Source: Polyangiaceae bacterium (lineage in GTDB: Bacteria > Myxococcota_A > Polyangia > Polyangiales > Polyangiaceae). From it: a stretch of 64,000 nt of DNA. The DNA is taken from contig JBILLK010000002.1 of the NCBI GenBank assembly GCA_044376115.1, positions 224,001 to 288,000 of the forward strand, given 5' to 3'. The notes under the pieces are model-generated. The model saw only the letters and a program-made list of their open reading frames with translations, was not told the origin of the DNA and made no database searches. The translations under genes were made by a program, and so were the position numbers. Positions 56,862 to 64,000 of this stretch are shown piece after piece; positions within the stretch are counted from its first letter, which is position 1, and each line of letters begins with the position of its first letter.

Positions 56862-59474
56862 ATGCTTCGCACGAGCCGTTTGCGACCGAGCTTCACGACC
56901 GTTCTTGCCGCCCTAATCGTGTCCACCGCTGGGTGCGGGGATGACACCGGAACGGGCGCCTCTGGCGCCAACAACCCGACTGGAGGTGGCGGTGCCACCA
57001 CCGGCGGAGCAGGAGGGGACGGCGGAGCAACAGGCGGAACCGGCGGCGTTGGGGCCAACGGCGGTAACGGTGGTTCTGGTGGTTCTGGCGGTAGCAGCTA
57101 CGCCGAAATCGAATGCAACAAGACGCTCGCGCAGCCCGCGAGCGGTGTTTGCGGCGTGGCGACGCCTGGCAGCAGCGGCACGCTCTTGCGCGGGACCGTC
57201 CTCGGTGCTGACGCGATTTACCGCACCGGCAGCGTGCTGATCGACGACGCAGGCATCATCCAATGCGTCGGTTGTGACTGTGACACCGGCGCCGGCGCCG
57301 ACGCTGATGTAGTCGACTGTCCGGACGGCGTGATCAGCCCAGGTCTGATCAACCCGCACGATCACATCACCTTCGCCAACAACGCCCCCGCCGATTGGGG
57401 CAACACCCGCTACGACCACCGTCACGAATGGCGCACCGGCGCCAATGGCCAGCCCGAGATCGACACCAACAGCGGCGCCTCGGCCGAGGTGGTTTCGTTC
57501 GCCGAGCTGCGCTTCATCATGAGCGGCGCAACCAGCGCCGCGAGCGCGGGCGGTCGCGCGGGCCTGTTGCGCAACCTCGACGGCAACAACAACGGTGGCC
57601 TGCCGGCTCAACAAGCCGACAGCGACACCTTCCCGCTCAACGACCAAGACGGGACGATGAATTCGAGCGGTTGCAACTACGGCAACGGCCCAACCACCGC
57701 CCAAGACATCGAAGGCTTGCGCGGGTACCTGCCGCATATCGCCGAGGGCATCGGTCCTGAGGCAGCGAACGAGTTCGTCTGTACTTCGAGCACCGCCGTG
57801 CAAGACGCCAATGACGTGATCGAGCCGCAGAGCGCGATCATTCACGCCGTCGGCGTAACCGCCGAGGACGTGGCGCTGATGCGCGCCGAGGGTGCTTCGG
57901 TGATCTGGTCGCCGCGCTCCAACATCTCGCTCTATGGCGATACGGCTCGCGTCTCCTTGATCGACGCGCTCGGTGTGCCGCTTGCGCTCGGCACCGACTG
58001 GATGCCTTCGGGCTCGATGAACATCCTGCGAGAGCTTCACTGCGCCGATGAGTTCAACGCCAGCTACCTCAACGGGCACTTCTCCGACCTAGCGCTTTGG
58101 CGCATGGTGACGGAGAACGCTGCGTTCGCGACGGGTACGCAGGACGCGATCGGCATGCTGAAGAAGGGCTACATCGCCGACATCGCCGTGTTCGACGCCT
58201 CGGTGCGCAGCGACTTCCGCGCTGTGATTGGTGCCGGCGTCGAGGACGTCGTGCTGGTGATGCGCGCCGGTGAGGTTCTCTACGGAGATACGAGCCTGCT
58301 CGACGATACCGAACTCGGCGCCGCGGGTTGTGAGCCGCTCGATGTTTGCGGCGTAGCCAAGCGCGCCTGTGTGGCCCAGGACCTCGGTGGCGGCGCCACG
58401 CTCGCGGGCATTCGCCAAGCAGGAGAGGCGTTCTACCCCTTGTTCTTCTGCAACGACATGGTCCCGCAAAACGAGCCGACGTGCGTTCCTTCCCGTCCCG
58501 AGTATCCGAACGGGATCTCTGCCAGCGACAGCGACGGTGACGGCATCGATGATGGCGCTGACATCTGTCCCACCATTTTCGATCCGATCCGTCCGATGGA
58601 TGGTGGCTCGCAAGCTGACGGTGACGGTGACGGCATCGGCGACGCGTGCGACAAATGCCCGACCGAGTCTGGTGAAGGCTGTAGCCCTGATTCCGCCGAC
58701 GATATCGACGGCGACGGCTTCGCGAACGCGGTCGATGTCTGCCCGGAGCTCGCTGGCAGCCAAGCCGACGCCGACGGCGATGGTCACGGTGATGACTGTG
58801 ACTCCTGCCCCAATGACCCGAACTACGGCCCGACGGCCTGTGCGCTCGATATCGCCACGGTACGAAATCCCGCTGCGCCTGGTCACCCGGCGGTCGGCAC
58901 CTCGGTGGTCGTCACTGGCTACGTAACCGCGGTGAAGCCCGATATGGGCAGCTCGCGCGGCTTCGTGATCCAAGACGGAACGGACCCGTTCAGCGGCATC
59001 TTCGTCTTCACCGGCAACCAGTCGCCCGGCGTCGTTCGCGGTAACCAGGTCACGGTGACCGGCGTATACGACGAGTTCTTCAACTACTCCGAGCTGACCT
59101 CGCCGCAGACGGTGGTCGTCGACGCTGGAACGACCTTGCCCTTCGCGCCCATCCCAGTGGCCGCAACGGGCACGCTCTCGACTGCTGCCACCGCCGAACC
59201 CTTCGAGTCGATGCTCGTAACGATCGGCGCATGCAGCCTCACCACACTCAACGTTGATACCCCGCAAGACTTCGACGAGTTCGGCGTGACCAGCGCTGGC
59301 AGCACCGAACTGCGCATCAACGACGGTATGTTCCCGGCGATCGACAACACGTGCGCCGTTGCAAGCAACTTCAACTCGATTACCGGCGTGCTTGCCTACA
59401 GCTTCAACAACTACAAGCTCGAGCCGCGGGACGCCGCCGACGTCTCCGCGACGACCTGCACGCCTTTCCCCTGA
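56862..59474 (+). CDS. Lipoprotein: amidohydrolase domain, thrombospondin type-3 repeats and OB-fold module
   Basis: Lipobox TAGC; PGLINPHDH, HIAEG, IIHAVG and LGTDW; DSDGDGIDDGADICP-type repeats; ITGVLAYSFNNYKLEPR. Confidence 0.85.
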   Translation: MLRTSRLRPSFTTVLAALIVSTAGCGDDTGTGASGANNPTGGGGATTGGAGGDGGATGGTGGVGANGGNGGSGGSGGSSYAEIECNKTLAQPASGVCGVATPGSSGTLLRGTVLGADAIYRTGSVLIDDAGIIQCVGCDCDTGAGADADVVDCPDGVISPGLINPHDHITFANNAPADWGNTRYDHRHEWRTGANGQPEIDTNSGASAEVVSFAELRFIMSGATSAASAGGRAGLLRNLDGNNNGGLPAQQADSDTFPLNDQDGTMNSSGCNYGNGPTTAQDIEGLRGYLPHIAEGIGPEAANEFVCTSSTAVQDANDVIEPQSAIIHAVGVTAEDVALMRAEGASVIWSPRSNISLYGDTARVSLIDALGVPLALGTDWMPSGSMNILRELHCADEFNASYLNGHFSDLALWRMVTENAAFATGTQDAIGMLKKGYIADIAVFDASVRSDFRAVIGAGVEDVVLVMRAGEVLYGDTSLLDDTELGAAGCEPLDVCGVAKRACVAQDLGGGATLAGIRQAGEAFYPLFFCNDMVPQNEPTCVPSRPEYPNGISASDSDGDGIDDGADICPTIFDPIRPMDGGSQADGDGDGIGDACDKCPTESGEGCSPDSADDIDGDGFANAVDVCPELAGSQADADGDGHGDDCDSCPNDPNYGPTACALDIATVRNPAAPGHPAVGTSVVVTGYVTAVKPDMGSSRGFVIQDGTDPFSGIFVFTGNQSPGVVRGNQVTVTGVYDEFFNYSELTSPQTVVVDAGTTLPFAPIPVAATGTLSTAATAEPFESMLVTIGACSLTTLNVDTPQDFDEFGVTSAGSTELRINDGMFPAIDNTCAVASNFNSITGVLAYSFNNYKLEPRDAADVSATTCTPFP

Positions 59475-59597
59475 GCGCGCTCTCTCAACCCCGCGTACTC
59501 AAGCGCCTGCCGAATGTGGCGGGTCCCACGAAGCAGTAGACCCAATGACTCGTGCGCTCGGCTTTAGTACGCGGCAATTCCCAGGTAGAGTAGCGGC

Positions 59598-61202
59598 GTG
59601 ACTTCAGGCGAGCACCCCGCGAGCGGATACGGTCCGCCATCTTCGATGGCGGACTCCACGCCGTCCATTGCTGCCGGCACCATCGTTTTGGAGAAGTACA
59701 GCGTGGTCAGCACGCTGGGCATCGGCGGAATGGGCCTCGTGGTTGCGGCGATGCACACCTCGCTGGGGACGCCCGTCGCCATCAAGTTCTTGCTGCCGCA
59801 GTTCGCGACGTCATCCGATGCGACGCGACGTTTTCTGCGCGAGGCCCAAGCTGCGTCCAAGATCGCCAGCGAGCACATCGTGCGCGTCTTCGATACCGGG
59901 TTCTCACAGAACTACGGGCCATACATCGTCATGGAGTACCTCGAGGGCGCCGACCTCTCGCGGCGCCTCAGGCACGGTGGTCCACTCTCCATCGAACAGG
60001 CGATCGACTTCGTGGTGCAGGCGGCGCTCGCGCTGACCGAAGCGCACGCGAACGGCATCGTTCACCGCGACGTGAAGCCGGCGAACCTCTACGTCGTGGA
60101 GCGGCCAGACGGTGCGCCGCTGCTGAAGGTGCTCGACTTCGGCATCTCCAAGGTCAGCGAAGCATCGTCCCTCGAGGTGACCAAGACGCAGGCCATCCTC
60201 GGCTCGGGCCTCTACATGTCGCCGGAGCAGATGAAGTCGAGCAAGGCGGTTGACCATCGCACCGACATCTACGCGCTGGGCGTCACGATGTTTGAGCTGC
60301 TCACCCGCACGCAGCCTTTCACCGCTGAGTCCTTCGCTGAGCTCGCCATCAAAGTGAATATGGAGCCGCCCACGCCGCTGGCCTCGCTGCGAGCCGACGT
60401 GAGTCAGGAGCTCGCCGAGGTGATAGAGCAGGCCTATGCCAAGAAGGCCGATGACCGCTATCAGTCGATGGGTGAGTTCGCCTTGGCGCTCAGCCCGTGG
60501 GCGACGCCGAGCACCCGCGAAAGCATCGAGGCCCTCGCTCGGACGGAGACGCGGCGAGGACGTGCGCCGTCGTTGCGGCCCTCGGCGCTCTACGCCACCA
60601 GAAACTCCTCTCCCAGTCTGTACCCACCGGGCACCTATGGCGACCTGCGGATCCCGCTAGCGCCGTCCTTGCCCACGCCTTCATCGGTGGGTGTCGATAC
60701 GTTCGGGCTGTCAAACAAGAACACAGCCGCGCTCGACCCGATGGGGCCGACCAGCGTGATGACTGTGCCGAAGAGCCGCAACCTGCTTGGCGTGGGCGTC
60801 GCGGTCGGCGTACTCACCACCGCCGCCTTGGCGGCCTACGTCTTGACGCGGTCGCCAGCCGCGACCGACGGCGCAGCCGCTGAAGCTGGAGCTTCGGCCG
60901 AGCGGCAGGCCGCCGAGAGCGGTCCACGTCCCGATGCTTCAGCTCCCTTGGTCAGCGCTGTCTCCGCCGCACCGACTGATGCAACCTCCACTTCTTCGAG
61001 CAAGCCCTCCGCGCAGGCCGTCGCTTCGGTGAAGGGCGCGCCCACCGCACCCGTGACGGCCACCGCGGCTGCAAGCCAGACGGCACCGTCTGCGGCGGTC
61101 ACAAGCCCGACAGCCGTCGTGACGACGGCCGCCCCCACCGCGACGGCGCCGTGCAAGCTGCGCGACATCGACGGAAGCTTCATCGACTGCAAACCGAAGT
61201 AA
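59598..61202 (+). CDS. Membrane Ser/Thr protein kinase
   Basis: GIGGMG, VAIK, HRDVKPAN, DFG and YMSPEQ; TM helix followed by an Ala/Thr-rich tail. Start may be ATG 59646. Confidence 0.93.
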   Translation: MTSGEHPASGYGPPSSMADSTPSIAAGTIVLEKYSVVSTLGIGGMGLVVAAMHTSLGTPVAIKFLLPQFATSSDATRRFLREAQAASKIASEHIVRVFDTGFSQNYGPYIVMEYLEGADLSRRLRHGGPLSIEQAIDFVVQAALALTEAHANGIVHRDVKPANLYVVERPDGAPLLKVLDFGISKVSEASSLEVTKTQAILGSGLYMSPEQMKSSKAVDHRTDIYALGVTMFELLTRTQPFTAESFAELAIKVNMEPPTPLASLRADVSQELAEVIEQAYAKKADDRYQSMGEFALALSPWATPSTRESIEALARTETRRGRAPSLRPSALYATRNSSPSLYPPGTYGDLRIPLAPSLPTPSSVGVDTFGLSNKNTAALDPMGPTSVMTVPKSRNLLGVGVAVGVLTTAALAAYVLTRSPAATDGAAAEAGASAERQAAESGPRPDASAPLVSAVSAAPTDATSTSSSKPSAQAVASVKGAPTAPVTATAAASQTAPSAAVTSPTAVVTTAAPTATAPCKLRDIDGSFIDCKPK

Positions 61203-61274
61203 GCCAACCGCTCAATCGAGTGCACGAAGCAGCGCATAGGAATTGCGATGCAGCCGCCGTAAACTCGCCGTCGA

Positions 61275-62048
61275 ATGGCAAAGAGCACCACGATCAGAAC
61301 GGTGTCGCGCGCGATGCTCGCGGGGAACGTCGAGGTGGTGTTTCAGCCGATCGTGGACATCCGAAGCGGGCGCCTCTTCGCCTATGAAGCGCTCGCTAGA
61401 ACGAGCAAGTTCGACGGCCCGGTGGCGTTGTTCGATGCCGCTGTCGCGCAGAAACAAGTTGGGCGTTTGGGCCGACACTTGCGAGAACTTGCGACGGCCA
61501 GCTGCCCGGCACACGCGTTGTTTCTCAACGTCCACCCGGTTGAACTGGCCGAGCACTGGCTGGTTCAGCCGGATGACCCGTTGTTCATGCATGAGCCAGG
61601 GGTGTTTCTCGAAATCACCGAGAGCGTGCCGCTGAGCCATCACGCGCTCGTGCATTCGGTCTTGAGTGAGCTGCGCGGGAAAGGCGTTGGCATCGTGGTG
61701 GACGATCTTGGCGCTGGTTACTCGAACCTGAGCTACATCGCCGATCTGCACCCGCAGTTCGTCAAGGTCGATCGCGGGTTGGTAACCGCGCTGCACCTCG
61801 ATCCGCGCCGCCAAAAGTTGCTGGCCGGTATGGCGCGTCTATGCACCGATCTAGGCGCCCAGGTCGTCGCCAAGGGGATTGAGACGCGCGACGAGCTGCT
61901 CGCTGCGCGCGACGCGGGCGTGCAGTTCGCGCAGGGGTACTTCGTCGCAAGGCCGGCGCTACCACCGCCGCTGCCCGAGATCTCCACCTGGGCTCAACGC
62001 AAGTCGCCGTCCAGCGTGATGAAGCGACGTAAGTCGCGAATGCGTTAA
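61275..62048 (+). CDS. Stand-alone EAL domain protein
   Basis: FQPIV, YEALAR, LNV, EITE, DDLGAGYS, VKVD and QGY; EGxE is replaced by KGIE. Confidence 0.9.
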   Translation: MAKSTTIRTVSRAMLAGNVEVVFQPIVDIRSGRLFAYEALARTSKFDGPVALFDAAVAQKQVGRLGRHLRELATASCPAHALFLNVHPVELAEHWLVQPDDPLFMHEPGVFLEITESVPLSHHALVHSVLSELRGKGVGIVVDDLGAGYSNLSYIADLHPQFVKVDRGLVTALHLDPRRQKLLAGMARLCTDLGAQVVAKGIETRDELLAARDAGVQFAQGYFVARPALPPPLPEISTWAQRKSPSSVMKRRKSRMR

Positions 62049-62094
62049 CGCCTGCGTCACGCCGGGCGAAAGCACGACGCGATTAGGCCCAGGT

Positions 62095-63948
62095 TCAGTC
62101 GAGGGTGCCGCCTACCGTGAGCCACGGAGGCGAGAAGCTCGCGGAGGACGCCACCGGAAACGGTTGCGCGAGGCTAGGCCCGAGGCCGATCTGCAGGCCG
62201 CGAGTGGCCTCCTTCTTGGGCAAGGTGAGATCGGTCTCGCCGCTGAACTCACGCGCCGGCAGCAGCTTGGCGGTGGAGTCCTCGTTCGGATCGTAGATGA
62301 ACAGGAAGATCGATAACCCGGCGAAGACGCCTGCCGCGCCCATGATCCCGTACGAGGTGTAAAGCAGCGGGTCGTGCAGGTCGTCTGCGGGGTCAACCGT
62401 GCCTTCGACATAGCGGTTCAACACGATGCCGCCGCCTAGACAGCCAGCGGCCAAAAGCGTGGTGATGACGGCTGCGCCTTTACCCGGTGCTTCCTCCAAC
62501 TTGGCGCGGATCGGGATCTCTTGACCTCGCGGGATCTGAATGAAGTTCTCGTACGACTTGCGGCCGGAGGCATCGATCTCGACTTCGTGCTCGCCCGCAG
62601 GAAGCCGAATGCGCAACGGATCACCGTTCTTCTTGTACGTGCCGATGGTATTTCCGTCGACCTCGACCTCGACCTCGTCGGCGTCCCCAGTGATGAGCAA
62701 ATAGCCGTAACCGACGCGTTCGAGCGGTGCATCCACCTTCACCGTTTGGCCCTGCACCACGTTCACCGTCTTCTCGAGCGTGACGAAGCCGGGCGCTTCA
62801 ATCCAAAGCTTGTGCTCGCCCGGCGTGAGCTCAATCGAGTTGGGCCCAACGGCGCGCGGCGCGTTCTTGTGAGGGGGCGGATCATCAACGAAGATCTGGC
62901 CGTTGGTGATCGGCATCGTGACCTCCATGCGGCCCACGAAATCGCCTTGGGAGAGGCCTGCACGGTAAACGTAGACGCGGCCGTCCTCGAAGGTGAACTG
63001 CGACCCGGTTGGGTTGTAATCGCGAAAGCCTTCAACGACGACGAAGTAGGTCCCGGAGCTGACCGAAAGGTTGGTCGGCGCCGTCAAGCCGCTCACGATG
63101 CGCTTGTATCCCGGCGCATCCGGCTTCTTCGGATCGAGCATCCCAGCCTTGGGATCCACCTTCTCGAAGATGCTCACGGGGGCGCCGGGCGGATCACTCT
63201 CGACGAAGATCAGCGACTTGATTTCAGCCTTCTGCGAGCTCGCGCTGGTCTCGGCGGTCTGTGCAGAGGCCTCTTTCTTTAGCCGTTCGATCGTCTTCTC
63301 GATGTCGGCGCGATCCGGCGCGTTGGGCTCGGCCTTGAGGAAGCGGGTGTAAACCTCGATCGCCTTCTCGCGATCGGCACCGCGTTCCGCCGCGACCGCT
63401 GCATTGAAGAGGAAGGCGCTGAAGCGATGCTTTTCATACGCGGCGGTGAACTCTGCGGCCGCTTCGGCGAATTTCTCGTCGGCAAACAGGCGCTGCCCCT
63501 TCTCCATGCGACCGCGCGCGTCGTCGATATCCTTCGCCAGCGGGCCGCCCTTGGCGTCCACGGCGGGAGGCGGTGGCTCGGTTGGGGGCGGCGGCTGCTT
63601 GGGCCGCTCGCTGCTCTCCACCGGCGCCGGCGGGATGTCGGCGGAGCTCGAAGCAGAGGCTGAAGCCGAGGCGGAGGGAGCGGCTGAAGCCGAGCTCGAG
63701 GCCGAAGGTGCAGCTGAGCTCGAGGCCGAAGGCGCAGCTGAGCTCGCCGGCGCGCTCGCCGAGGGAGCAGCGTTGCTCGCGCTTGCGCTGCCCGCCGACT
63801 TCGCGACCGAAGCGGACGCAGTGGGTGCACTGCTCGAAGCTTTGGCGGAGGTAGCAGGCTGAGCGCCTCCCACCCGCGGTTGGAGAAAGGGGAGCGCGAG
63901 CACGAGGCCCACCGCCGTCACCATGCCGACCCTACCCAAACGCACCAT
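62095..63948 (-). CDS. Exported TPR and PEGA domain protein
   Basis: Signal peptide, Ala/Ser repeat linker, TPR (AAAEFTAAY...LFNAA), PEGA repeats (VESDPPGA) and C-terminal hydrophobic helices. Start ATG 63948 or 63954. Confidence 0.85.
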   Translation of the reverse strand: MVRLGRVGMVTAVGLVLALPFLQPRVGGAQPATSAKASSSAPTASASVAKSAGSASASNAAPSASAPASSAAPSASSSAAPSASSSASAAPSASASASASSSADIPPAPVESSERPKQPPPPTEPPPPAVDAKGGPLAKDIDDARGRMEKGQRLFADEKFAEAAAEFTAAYEKHRFSAFLFNAAVAAERGADREKAIEVYTRFLKAEPNAPDRADIEKTIERLKKEASAQTAETSASSQKAEIKSLIFVESDPPGAPVSIFEKVDPKAGMLDPKKPDAPGYKRIVSGLTAPTNLSVSSGTYFVVVEGFRDYNPTGSQFTFEDGRVYVYRAGLSQGDFVGRMEVTMPITNGQIFVDDPPPHKNAPRAVGPNSIELTPGEHKLWIEAPGFVTLEKTVNVVQGQTVKVDAPLERVGYGYLLITGDADEVEVEVDGNTIGTYKKNGDPLRIRLPAGEHEVEIDASGRKSYENFIQIPRGQEIPIRAKLEEAPGKGAAVITTLLAAGCLGGGIVLNRYVEGTVDPADDLHDPLLYTSYGIMGAAGVFAGLSIFLFIYDPNEDSTAKLLPAREFSGETDLTLPKKEATRGLQIGLGPSLAQPFPVASSASFSPPWLTVGGTLD

Positions 63949-64000
63949 GCCCATCCCCTTAGCCCATCCGAAGCTCTGCGAGCACACCGTAGTGATCCGA

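Noticed and set aside
63660..63790. Imperfect 24-bp repeats encoding ASSSAAPS
   Set aside because: An ordinary low-complexity linker of a PEGA protein.

Overview
High-GC chromosomal window, most likely from a myxobacterium (Polyangiaceae-like). The assignment is inferred from PEGA/Ser-Thr kinase genes, an FHA-sigma54 activator, a CdbA-like ribbon-helix-helix protein, a MYXO-CTERM-like tail and many Gly/Pro-linker lipoproteins. Housekeeping genes: rimO, carA, tRNA-Leu(CAG), rluB, lepA, zwf-pgl-gndA, rlmN and mazG. The window also holds a type IV pilin cluster (PilR-like activator, two pilins, one atypical pilin, a PilG/XapA-like protein), a TPR-GT41 glycosyltransferase, a TPR-dynamin-like GTPase, an M16 peptidase pair and many signalling proteins. 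No CRISPR array, integrase, transposase or prophage is visible. Best leads: (1) two near-consensus sigma54 promoters whose predicted start sites fall 2-3 nt before an ATG (possible leaderless mRNAs), one with a 5-copy 8-9 bp direct-repeat candidate enhancer upstream of an ECF sigma gene and one with a 25-bp palindrome upstream of a pilin; (2) a ~1000-aa lipoprotein with an apparently circularly permuted alpha/beta-hydrolase; (3) a kinase-PEGA gene with a strong in-frame internal start; (4) four signalling enzymes with altered catalytic motifs; (5) a 14 x 30 bp tandem repeat encoding a charged RluB tail. All calls come from reading motifs by eye; no searches were run.
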